Assembly: GCA_029259725.1 (NCBI GenBank)
Contig: JAJDER010000045.1
Span: forward strand, 15,799 to 79,798
Origin: Planctomycetota bacterium
Lineage (GTDB): Bacteria; Planctomycetota; B15-G4
Direction: 5' to 3'
Length of the DNA: 64,000 bases
The number at the start of each line of letters is the position of its first letter. Position 1 is the stretch's first letter. Positions 17,636 through 26,181 of this stretch are shown piece by piece. Position numbers and translations under genes: made by a program. The notes below the pieces were generated by a model. The model did not search any database, was not told the origin of the DNA, and was given only the letters and a program-made list of their open reading frames with translations.

Positions 17636-18433
17636 ATGGTCCCCGTGCCGCTCACCGCCATCGACGGCCTCGGCCGGTCCGTCGTTCTGGAAGTGCCGCC
17701 GCGGAGGATCGTGTCGCTGGTCCCGTCCACGACGGAGACGCTGTCGGCCCTCGGGCTCGCCGAGCGCGTCGTCGGCCGCACGCGGTTCTGCGTCCATCCG
17801 CGGCCGTGGGTGGACACGGTGCCCGAGGTCGGGGGCACCAAGGCCGTGCGCTACGACGACCTCGCCGCGCTGGAACCCGACCTGATCGTGGCCAACCAGG
17901 AGGAGAACAAGCCCGAGATGTGGCCGCGGCTGGAGGCGGTCGCCCCGCTCTGGGTGGCGTACCCGCGCAACGTCGACGAGGCCCTCGCGGACCTGCGCGG
18001 GATGGGAAGCGTGCTCGGCTGTCGGGACCGGGCGGAGGCGCAGGTGAGCCTGATCGAGTCCGCGCGCGGGGCGGCCCATGACGCGACGGCCGGCCGGGCG
18101 TTCCGTTACGCCTACCTGATCTGGAAGCACCCCTGGATGACCATCAACGCCGACACCTTCATCGACGCCATGCTCGGCGAGGTCGGCGGCCGCAACGTCT
18201 TCGGTGAGCGCGAGCCGCGCTACCCGGAGATCACGCTCGAGGAGCTGGTCGGCGCCGATCCCGAGGTCGTCTTCCTGTCGAGCGAGCCGTTCGCGTTCGA
18301 GCCGGGGCACGCGGCGGAGCTCGGCCCGCTGGCGTCCCGCGCGCGGACGATCGACGGAGAGATGGCCAGTTGGCACGGCGTGCGGATGGGGGCGGCGTTG
18401 GCGTACCTGGTCTCGGCGACGCGGTCGGCCTGA
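17636..18433 (+). CDS. Cobalamin/siderophore-type (BtuF/FecB-like, class III) periplasmic-binding-protein fold; no recognisable signal peptide.
   Basis: Motifs are RIVSLVPSTTETLSALGLAERVVG, PDLIVANQ, and VVFLSSEPFAFE, typical of the BtuF-like 'cobalamin-binding protein' family. The N-terminus MVPVPLTAIDGLGRS is not a Sec or Tat signal. Confidence 0.65.
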   Translation: MVPVPLTAIDGLGRSVVLEVPPRRIVSLVPSTTETLSALGLAERVVGRTRFCVHPRPWVDTVPEVGGTKAVRYDDLAALEPDLIVANQEENKPEMWPRLEAVAPLWVAYPRNVDEALADLRGMGSVLGCRDRAEAQVSLIESARGAAHDATAGRAFRYAYLIWKHPWMTINADTFIDAMLGEVGGRNVFGEREPRYPEITLEELVGADPEVVFLSSEPFAFEPGHAAELGPLASRARTIDGEMASWHGVRMGAALAYLVSATRSA

Positions 18434-18449
18434 GCGCGCGGTGTGTGCC

Positions 18450-19730
18450 TCAGCCCAGGGTGGCGGCGAGCTTCTCGAGCCCGACCCAGCCGAAGAACAG
18501 AAGCGTCCCGACCAGTGCGGCGTTCCCCAACCCGCGCGTCCGGAACGGCGCCGCGATCCAGCGCGGCTGATTCGTCATCACCAGCAGCGTCGCGGCGAGC
18601 AGCGGCATGAACAGCGCGCCCAGGATCGCGTAGAGCAGCTGCACCTCGGCCACGTCGAGCCCCAGCAAGAGCGCGATGGGCAGGCTCGCGAGCCCGAGTT
18701 GCCAGAGCACGTAGGGCCGGCTGGCGTGCACGGTCTCCGGATCCAGCGGCCGTCCCGCGCGGATGGCGACGACGTCGGCGAACAGGTAAGGCACGCCTTC
18801 CCACACGCCCATCAGGCTCGAGAACACCGCGCCCCAGAAGCCGGCCAGGAACACCCACCGCAACGCGGGGCCGAGCACGGCGTCGATCCGCGCGGCCAGC
18901 AGCGTCGCCACCTGCGGCCCCTTGCCCTCCAGTTCGACGCTGGAGCCGATGATGACCATGGCGACGCCGAAGATCGCCGTGAGGGTGTAGGCCACGCCCA
19001 GATCGACGCGACACACCTGGATCGCGCCGGGGCCGCGCCGCCCGCGCTCACGGATCCAGTAGCCGTAGCTGAGCAGCGTGACGGTTCCGCCCACGCCCCC
19101 GACCAGCGCCACGATCCAGGTCAGGCCGCCTGCCGGCATGGCCGACGGCGCGAGCCCGGCGAGCAGCGCGTCCATCGACGGCCACAGCTGCACCGCCGTC
19201 ACGACCACGGCCGCGAACATGAGCCCGATGCACAGGGTCATGGCCTTCTCGAAGAAGGCGTAGCCGCCGCGCCGCACGAGGATCAGTCCGAGCATCGAGT
19301 GCGCCACGCCCCAGACCTGCTTGCCGGTCTCCGCGTCGTCGAACGGAAGCAGCGCCTGCCCGGCCACGCCACAGGCCGTCATCAGCGCGCCACCCACGCA
19401 GAACGACCAGGCCAGCAGATAGGCGACGAAGATCCAGATCACGACGCGCCCGAGTCGGTGGCTCCAGCCGTGCAGCAGGCTCGTGTCGGTGGCGAGCTGC
19501 CAGCGCGCGAGCCCTTCGTTGAGCGCGAACTTCATCACCGCGCCGATCGGCACCGCCCACAGCGCCGCGAGGCCCAGGGCGCTCCCCGCCAACGCCCCGG
19601 TCACCAGGTCCCCGGCCCCGACCCCGGTCGCCGCGACGAGCAGCCCGGGCCCGAGGACCGCGAGGAGTCCCCGTCCTCCCGTGTGTGTGCCGGCTTCCAC
19701 CACGCGCGCAGTGTACGGGGCGGAACGCAT
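18450..19730 (-). CDS. mntH: NRAMP-family divalent metal cation transporter.
   Basis: It has about 11 TM helices. An Nramp-like N-terminal motif reads LGPGLLVAATGVGAGDLVTG (GPG...D.G). A conserved MPH-like region is present (SLMGVWEG). Confidence 0.7.
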   Translation of the reverse strand: MRSAPYTARVVEAGTHTGGRGLLAVLGPGLLVAATGVGAGDLVTGALAGSALGLAALWAVPIGAVMKFALNEGLARWQLATDTSLLHGWSHRLGRVVIWIFVAYLLAWSFCVGGALMTACGVAGQALLPFDDAETGKQVWGVAHSMLGLILVRRGGYAFFEKAMTLCIGLMFAAVVVTAVQLWPSMDALLAGLAPSAMPAGGLTWIVALVGGVGGTVTLLSYGYWIRERGRRGPGAIQVCRVDLGVAYTLTAIFGVAMVIIGSSVELEGKGPQVATLLAARIDAVLGPALRWVFLAGFWGAVFSSLMGVWEGVPYLFADVVAIRAGRPLDPETVHASRPYVLWQLGLASLPIALLLGLDVAEVQLLYAILGALFMPLLAATLLVMTNQPRWIAAPFRTRGLGNAALVGTLLFFGWVGLEKLAATLG

Positions 19731-19934
19731 GGTCGTAGCGGGCGTCCGCGCACCGCAACCACCACCGATGCAAACTCAGCCCCGAACCAAGAGAGCGGGG
19801 CCGCCGATCCAAGATCGACGACCCCGCTGAGAACTCGGACACGGTGGGAGGTGCCGGTTCTTCCAGCCCCCGAGACAGGCGATGCGTGTCTCGCGGAGCC
19901 GGTCGCCGAAAGGCGCGCGGAGCGACCGTTCGCA

Positions 19935-19955
19935 GGGACGGGCTTTGCCCGTCCC
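19935..19955. terminator. Perfect 9-bp GC-rich stem-loop (GGGACGGGC-TTT-GCCCGTCCC) in the blaR1-like / Nramp intergenic region.
   Basis: Seen directly in the sequence. It lies about 90 nt downstream of the stop of the 20048-22933 gene on the minus strand. No U-tract follows, so it is a candidate factor-independent terminator or an RNA structural element. Confidence 0.3.
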
Positions 19956-20047
19956 GAGTCGGGTCGTGAGCACGCCTTTCGGCGCCCGTCGACTCGCAAC
20001 CGCGAATCGCCGGGCGAGGCCGACCCCCGAGCCGGCCTCGATGCTGT

Positions 20048-22933
20048 CTAACGCACGTCGTGGAGCTTGGCGCCCTCGGAGGTCTTCTTGGCCTTCTGCT
20101 TCAGCGTCTTGGCCGGCTCCTCGGCCCAGCTCTTCTTGCCGGTCTTCACGGCGGCCTGCATGTGGGCCGCGATCTGCTTGAAGCGCGGGTCGCCGTGCAG
20201 GTTGGCGAGGTCCGGGTCGTTGACCAGGTGCTCGGCGTCGAGGAAGCCCTCGTCCATCGCGGCGTAGAGCCACTTGAACGCCGGGTCCGCCTCGCCCATG
20301 AGTGCGTAGCTGCAGGCCAGGTTGTAGGTGGCCGTGTCGGTCGAGAAGCCGGTCTCGTTCTGCGCCTCGAACGCGTCGACCGCGTCGGCGTAGCGACCGA
20401 GACGCAGGTTGGCCCAGCCCATGCGGTGGTAGCCCTGCCCGTCGTCCTGGTTCTCCAGCACGCGCTCGGCCGACAGCTCCAGCAGGTGCTCCCAGCTCAC
20501 GGCGCCGAAGGCCTTGAGTTGCGCGACGTCGGCGGCGCGGTTGACGTAGCTCGCCATGCGTGCGTCGTCGCGGAGCGGACCCAGATCCGGATCCGTCGCC
20601 ACCAGCTCGGGATCGTCCAGGCCGGCATCGATGGCGAGGCCGAGGCACTCGAAGGCCTTCTCCTTCTGACCGAGCATCGCGTGGGCACAGGCCATGTTGT
20701 AGAGCCCCTTGTCGACGTCGTCGCCGGACTCGACCTGCTCCTCGAACGCGGCCAGCGCGCCCGCGTAGTCGCCGTCACGGAAGCGGGCGATGCCCAGCTC
20801 GGAGGCGACGTAGCTGTCGGCCTGCCCCTCTTCGACGAGACCGGTCCAGGCCTTCACCGCCTCGGTCCAGTCGCCCTGCTCGGTGGCCTTGGCCGCCTCG
20901 GCGTGCTTCTGGTTCATGGAGGCGAACCGGGCTTGCAGCTTCTCCATGCGCGGGTCACCGCGCAGGCTCTCCAGGTCCGGGTCGGTGTGCAGCAGCTCGG
21001 CGTTGGCGAAGCCCTGCTCGAGCGAGGTCTTCAGGGAGGCGAAGGCCGCGTCGGTCCGCCCCGCCAGCGCCTGGGCGCAGGCGATGTTGTAGGACCCGGT
21101 GGCCGGCTTGAAGCCCAGCTCGATCTGGCGCTCGCACGAGGCGATGGCCTGGTCGTACTCGCCCAGGCCGATCAACGCATAGGCCTGCATGTGCCACGGC
21201 TCGCCGACCTCGGGCGTGAGTCGCGTGAGCCTGCCGTAGGACGTCGCGGCGGCCTCCCAGTCGCCCTTGTCCACGGCCTGCTGCGCGAGTGCCTTCGTCT
21301 CGGCCACGTCGTCGATGGCCGCGAACAGCTCCTCGAGGTGCGCGCCGTGCCGGATCAGATCGAGATCGGAGTCACCCTCGATCTGGTCCTTGTCGTCGAA
21401 GCCGCACTGGATCGCGGCGACGAGGTGTTGCAGCGTGCCGTCCTCCTGCTCGAGCATGGCGTAGGCGCAGGCCATGTTGTACTCGGCGTTCTCCTTCTGG
21501 TAGCCGACCGTGCGCTGGTGCTTCCAGGCCGCGAGCGAGCCCTCGTAGTCGCCCAGCATGTGGCGGCTGTAGCCGAGCCAGTGCGCGGCCTCGCCGTTCT
21601 GGGTGTCCTGCTCCAGGACCTCGCTCCAGGCCTGCGCGGCCTGTTCCCACTTGCCGGCGCTCGAGAGCGCTGCGGCCTCCTGCGTCATCAGGGCCCGCTC
21701 GACCTTCGGCTTCACGCCGTCGTCGACGACGACCCAGCCACTCTCCTGCGCCAGGGTGCCGACGGGAAGCAGGAAGGTGGTGGCCAGAACGGCCGCCGCG
21801 GCAACGACGGGGGACACCCGCCGCGAAACGCGCTCGCGCATGATCATCCTCAATCTCCTCTCGAACTCTCGTGGCTCTTCCTCGATGACCGCGAGCACGG
21901 GTGCAGGCCCGGTGGGGGCCGACATGCGCTCGGCGACGTCGATCAAAGCCTCGGCATAGTCACGGCGGCCGTGGGGGTACGCCCACACGGCCCAGGCGTC
22001 GCACGACAGTTCCGCATAGCTGTGCATGCGGGTGCGAGCGAACCAGTACAGGGGGTGCCACCACAGCAGGGCCGAGATGGCGACTTCGAACCACGCGACC
22101 CAGTGGTCGCGGCGGGCCAGGTGGGCCAGCTCGTGCGCGACGATGCCGCGCGCCGAAGTGGTGCTGACCGCACGGCCGTGCTCGTCGGCCGGCCAGAGCA
22201 GCACGGGCCGGCCGAAGCTCCAGACCACCGGCGAGCCCAGCGTGGCCAGCAGGTGCACGCGCGGCACGGACACGTCGAGTCGGCGGGCGACGTCGGCCAC
22301 GAGGGCGCAGAGGTCGGCCGGGGCCGGGTCGCCGGCCTTCACCAGGCGCTGGAAGCGCAGCGCGCGGCGCGCCTGGCGGGCCAGCACGAAGAGTCCGCCG
22401 ACGAGCCAGACCCACAGGGCGGCCTGCCCGGCCAGGTCCCATGCGGCGACACCGACGGGTGTGCCCGGACCGCCCGGCGGCCGCGTGGCCGTGGGCAGCA
22501 CGAAGTCGGCGCGGGACTCCTGCGGCCTCATGTCGGCCGCGGACTCCTCGCGGGCGGGCTTCCCGTCGGCGACGTCACTCGCGGTCTCGAGCTCGCGCGC
22601 ACCGAGCCAGGCGATGCTGCGGCCCTTGTCCTCGCCCGCCCAGCCTGACGAGCGCTGCGGCACCGGGAGGCGCATGACCTGGATCGGCTCGGCGTCGAGC
22701 CAGTCCGCGTCGGTGCCCGTCCCGCGCTCGGTCGATGCCGGGGCGACCCAGTCCAGCACGTCGCCGGCGGACCAGGTCTCGAAGGGCAGCGGCGGCGCGA
22801 CCAGGCGCACCAGCACGAGCAGCCAGATCAGGTGGCACACGGCGGGGCGGAAGCGCGCCAACAGGCAGAGCGGCACGGCGACGCCGGCGAGCAGCAGGGC
22901 GGAGAAGGTGTTCTCGGCGATCCATGGCAGCAT
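20048..22933 (-). CDS. BlaR1/MecR1-family M56 zinc metallopeptidase signal transducer with a C-terminal TPR-repeat domain of about 600 aa.
   Basis: The start ATG at 22933 (MLPWIAENTFSALLLAGVAV...) lies 2 nt after the blaI-like stop. It has four N-terminal TM helices and an HELAHLARRDHW motif (HExxH plus the M56 signature). Many TPR-like repeats follow (YNMACAYAML..., YNIACAQALAG..., YNLACSYALMG...) in place of a penicillin-binding sensor domain. Confidence 0.75.
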   Translation of the reverse strand: MLPWIAENTFSALLLAGVAVPLCLLARFRPAVCHLIWLLVLVRLVAPPLPFETWSAGDVLDWVAPASTERGTGTDADWLDAEPIQVMRLPVPQRSSGWAGEDKGRSIAWLGARELETASDVADGKPAREESAADMRPQESRADFVLPTATRPPGGPGTPVGVAAWDLAGQAALWVWLVGGLFVLARQARRALRFQRLVKAGDPAPADLCALVADVARRLDVSVPRVHLLATLGSPVVWSFGRPVLLWPADEHGRAVSTTSARGIVAHELAHLARRDHWVAWFEVAISALLWWHPLYWFARTRMHSYAELSCDAWAVWAYPHGRRDYAEALIDVAERMSAPTGPAPVLAVIEEEPREFERRLRMIMRERVSRRVSPVVAAAAVLATTFLLPVGTLAQESGWVVVDDGVKPKVERALMTQEAAALSSAGKWEQAAQAWSEVLEQDTQNGEAAHWLGYSRHMLGDYEGSLAAWKHQRTVGYQKENAEYNMACAYAMLEQEDGTLQHLVAAIQCGFDDKDQIEGDSDLDLIRHGAHLEELFAAIDDVAETKALAQQAVDKGDWEAAATSYGRLTRLTPEVGEPWHMQAYALIGLGEYDQAIASCERQIELGFKPATGSYNIACAQALAGRTDAAFASLKTSLEQGFANAELLHTDPDLESLRGDPRMEKLQARFASMNQKHAEAAKATEQGDWTEAVKAWTGLVEEGQADSYVASELGIARFRDGDYAGALAAFEEQVESGDDVDKGLYNMACAHAMLGQKEKAFECLGLAIDAGLDDPELVATDPDLGPLRDDARMASYVNRAADVAQLKAFGAVSWEHLLELSAERVLENQDDGQGYHRMGWANLRLGRYADAVDAFEAQNETGFSTDTATYNLACSYALMGEADPAFKWLYAAMDEGFLDAEHLVNDPDLANLHGDPRFKQIAAHMQAAVKTGKKSWAEEPAKTLKQKAKKTSEGAKLHDVR

Positions 22934-22935
22934 GG

Positions 22936-23358
22936 TCAGCCCTCCCCCTTGCGACGGCGCGAGGTCTTGCGCCTGCTCTCGAGCGAGTCGAGCAGTTGCC
23001 GGAACTGGGCGATCTCGTCGTCGGTGAAGCGGTGGCTGTGGGCCAGGCTCAGCATGAGCGGCACCGCCGCGCCTTCGCAGACCCGGTCCGCGATGTCGTC
23101 GAGGTGCTCGCCGAGGAATTCCTCCCGCGAGACGGCGGGCGTGAACACGTGGGCGCGGCCGCTGCGCTCCGCGATCACGTAGTCCTTCTGCTCGAGCCGC
23201 GTGAGCAGCGTCTGGACCGTCGTGTACGCCCAGTCCTTGCCCGGCCCCTCGAGCTTGGCGGCGAGCTCGCGCACGGTGCAGGGCGCGTGGGCCCAGAGCG
23301 CCTTGAGGACGACCAGCTCGGTGTCGCTGATCGGAAGCGGGGTGCCACCCATGTCCAT
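22936..23358 (-). CDS. BlaI/MecI/CopY-family transcriptional repressor.
   Basis: MDMGGTPLPISDTELVVLKALWAHAPCTVRELAAKL... is a winged-helix Penicillinase_R fold, with a C-terminal dimerisation helix. It sits directly upstream of the M56 peptidase gene. Confidence 0.8.
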   Translation of the reverse strand: MDMGGTPLPISDTELVVLKALWAHAPCTVRELAAKLEGPGKDWAYTTVQTLLTRLEQKDYVIAERSGRAHVFTPAVSREEFLGEHLDDIADRVCEGAAVPLMLSLAHSHRFTDDEIAQFRQLLDSLESRRKTSRRRKGEG

Positions 23359-23751
23359 CCTCCATGGCCCAGGACAGGACGCTCTGGCTGCGCCGGCTGC
23401 AGCCGTGCTCCCGCCCGTCACCTATCTCCTACAGGCTGTAGGAGGATCAGGCAACCCGAATCAGGAAGGGCTGGTGACGATTCGTCGGCGAGTGTTCGGG
23501 GACGCGACGCCTGGTCCCGCGGATGCCATGTCCCGTCCAGCGGAAGGGCGCAGGGGGCTGGGTGAAAGAAACGTCCGCGCCGATCCACTGGCCTCGGGAG
23601 AACCGTGCCAGACTGTCTCGCGACGGCCTTCCGGGCGTGTCGCGAAGCGACCAGCCGCCGAGGGGAACGGGAAGCGGCCCGGGCTGGTGCGGTGGGGGAG
23701 GCGGACGACGAACCCTCGCACTTTGGCGAGATTCCGTCCGGAGGCCCGATC

Positions 23752-25308
23752 ATGCAGCCACCCCGCGTGTCACTCATCCTCGCCCTCCTGGTCTGCGTCG
23801 CCTTGTCGGCGCGCTGCCTGGCCCTGGCCCCCGTGCCGCTTGCGGGCGATCCGTGGACCGATCTGGGCTGCGCCCACTCCGGCGTGGCGGGCGATCCCCT
23901 GCTCGTCGGGTCGGGCACGCTGCAACTCGGGACCCTGGGCGCGCTCGACCTCACCTCGGCCGCCCCCGACGCCGCCGCCGTGCTCTTCGTCGGGCTCGCG
24001 CCGGATGCGCTGTCCTTCAAGGGGGGGACGCTCAAGGCGAACCCCGTGATCACCGTTTCGCTGGTGACCGGGCCCGGCGGGACGCTGAACCTGCCCTTCC
24101 TGTGGTCGACCGCGCTGCCCGAGGGCACCGAACTCACCTTCCAGTACGGCATCGAGGACGTGGCGGCGAGCAAGGGTGTGGCCCTCTCCAACGCCGTGCT
24201 GGCGACGACCCCGCTGCTCATCCCGGAAGTCGACTCCTTCGGGCCGTCGACCGGTGGCTTGGGCACGGTCGTAACGATTACCGGCGACGGCTTCGTCGAG
24301 GACCCGATCGACTACTGCCTGCAGGTCCGGGATCCGTTCAACAACACCGTGGGCTTCATGCGTGCGACGGCCGCGACGGGGACCACGCTCACCGGCGAGA
24401 TCCTGGCGGCGCCGAGCGTGGTGGCCAGCGGCTTCCTGCTGATCACGCCGGGCGAGGGCAGCGAGTTCGTGCCCTCCTCGATCCCGCCCGACGTCAACGT
24501 GGTGGGCGACGTCTGGCTGTGGGAAGGCGACATGGCCGACACGGTCGTCGCACCGGAACTCTTCTCGTTCGACCCGGGTGGTGGAGACGACGACTCGTCC
24601 GGGCCCTGCCAGTACCACTACGGCTTCCTCAACACGGCCGGGAACCTGCAGATCGTGTTCCCCTTCGGCGGGAACCCGTGTCCGGTCAACACCCAGTTCA
24701 CCCTGCAGATGGACATCGGGTCCTCGCTCGGCACCGTGAGCCTCGATTACAACGCGTGCATCGAGAACACCGTGCCCCTGTCGGCCGTCGACTGCGCCAG
24801 CAAGGTCTGCCAGTTGTTCCAGCAGGCGTACTTCGACGTTTCGGGGCAGTTCGTTCCGTGCTCGGTCAGTGTGGTCGGGTCCGAGGTGCAGATCATCGTG
24901 TCGCCACCGTTCGGAGAGACCTGGAACTACGCGGGGGGCTCCCTGACCGTGTGCGGGGACGACATCCTGCCGTGCACCGATGACTTCGACATCGCGACGG
25001 GCACCGGGACGCTCGAGGTCCAGACCGAGTGTCCGCCGACCGGCGGGCAGGTGACGTACTACATCACGAACAACGTCGGCATCCTCGGGTCGGGCTCCAG
25101 TGCGCTCTGGGCCTTCGCCCAGTTCACGGCCCCGCCCGGCCTGACCGAGAGCATGTGCGCGTGCGAGTGGTGCGACGAGATCGTGGCCGCGGTCTTGACC
25201 CAGACGGGCGCGACGCTGACGTGTACCGACGTGGGGAGTGGCAAGATCGAGCTGTCGACCCTCCCGCCGACGTCCGCGTCTTCGCAGCAGGTCTGCCCGA
25301 ACCCGTAG
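23752..25308 (+). CDS. Secreted Cys-rich protein with an IPT/TIG-like Ig domain.
   Basis: The signal peptide is MQPPRVSLILALLVCVALSARCLALAP. An IPT/TIG-like segment reads PEVDSFGPSTGGLGTVVTITGDGF. More than 20 cysteines occur in the C-terminal half (CQYHYG..., CPVNTQF, CASKVCQLF, CACEWCDE). Confidence 0.5.
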   Translation: MQPPRVSLILALLVCVALSARCLALAPVPLAGDPWTDLGCAHSGVAGDPLLVGSGTLQLGTLGALDLTSAAPDAAAVLFVGLAPDALSFKGGTLKANPVITVSLVTGPGGTLNLPFLWSTALPEGTELTFQYGIEDVAASKGVALSNAVLATTPLLIPEVDSFGPSTGGLGTVVTITGDGFVEDPIDYCLQVRDPFNNTVGFMRATAATGTTLTGEILAAPSVVASGFLLITPGEGSEFVPSSIPPDVNVVGDVWLWEGDMADTVVAPELFSFDPGGGDDDSSGPCQYHYGFLNTAGNLQIVFPFGGNPCPVNTQFTLQMDIGSSLGTVSLDYNACIENTVPLSAVDCASKVCQLFQQAYFDVSGQFVPCSVSVVGSEVQIIVSPPFGETWNYAGGSLTVCGDDILPCTDDFDIATGTGTLEVQTECPPTGGQVTYYITNNVGILGSGSSALWAFAQFTAPPGLTESMCACEWCDEIVAAVLTQTGATLTCTDVGSGKIELSTLPPTSASSQQVCPNP

Positions 25309-25329
25309 ACGGGAGGCCGCGCGCTGTCC

Positions 25330-26043
25330 ATGCTCCTGCTGCTCGCCAGCCTGTTGCTCGCCGTGCCGCAGGACGAGCCGTTCTTCGTCGACGCGGAGTT
25401 CGCCTTCGTGTTCGCGCCGCCGGCCCGGATGTCCGAGCTGGCGACGCAGAACCCGACGCGCGCCGGGTGGACGCGCACCGGCGAAGCGTTCACGCGCACG
25501 CACACCTGGATCGACGTCGGGGATCAGGGGCGCGCCCTCGAGCTCACCCTCGTCGACGAGCATCCCTACGCGTCCTCCGAGGCGTTCGCGCGCGCGGTCG
25601 ATCCCGACGGCGACGCTTCGGTCCGCCCCGCGCGCCTGGAGCCTCCGATCGGGCCGGGGGTGGTGCACGAGCATGGCTACCGGGACGAGGAGCTGGGCCG
25701 GCTGCTGCGTCAGCGGAGCGTCTACCTGCTCGATCTGGGCGAGCAGCGCGCGGCGGTCCTGCGGATGAGCGCCTTCGACGAGGACTGGGCCGACGCCCGG
25801 CCGGCCTTTGACGCCGTGCTCCGCGGCATCCGGTGGAACCGGCAACTCCCCGAGCAGGTCATCGCGGCCAGGGTTGCCGACGGCCACCTCGGCGCGGGCG
25901 GACTCGGCACGGGCAGGGCTCGGGCCGACGGCGCCCGTGACTCGGGTGACTGGGACGAGTTGGAAGTGTGGGGCAGCCTGGTCCTCGCCGTGGTGACGGC
26001 GCTCGTCCTGCTCCTGGGGGTCGGAGGTCGTGCCGCCACTTGA
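25330..26043 (+). CDS. Hypothetical membrane-anchored protein.
   Basis: It has an N-terminal signal-like sequence (MLLLLASLLLAVPQ) and a C-terminal TM helix (LVLAVVTALVLLLGVGG). No domain was recognised. Confidence 0.4.
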   Translation: MLLLLASLLLAVPQDEPFFVDAEFAFVFAPPARMSELATQNPTRAGWTRTGEAFTRTHTWIDVGDQGRALELTLVDEHPYASSEAFARAVDPDGDASVRPARLEPPIGPGVVHEHGYRDEELGRLLRQRSVYLLDLGEQRAAVLRMSAFDEDWADARPAFDAVLRGIRWNRQLPEQVIAARVADGHLGAGGLGTGRARADGARDSGDWDELEVWGSLVLAVVTALVLLLGVGGRAAT

Positions 26044-26181
26044 CCGGGCGCGCGAGCCGCGAGCGGAACCGGCGCGGGAGCGGGGGCGAGGCGTCGGGGG
26101 CGAGGCGTCGGCGTCGAGGGGACGCATCCGCCACCGCGAACCTCGAGGCTGGGCTAGGCTGGGAGCCCTTCCCGACCGGAG

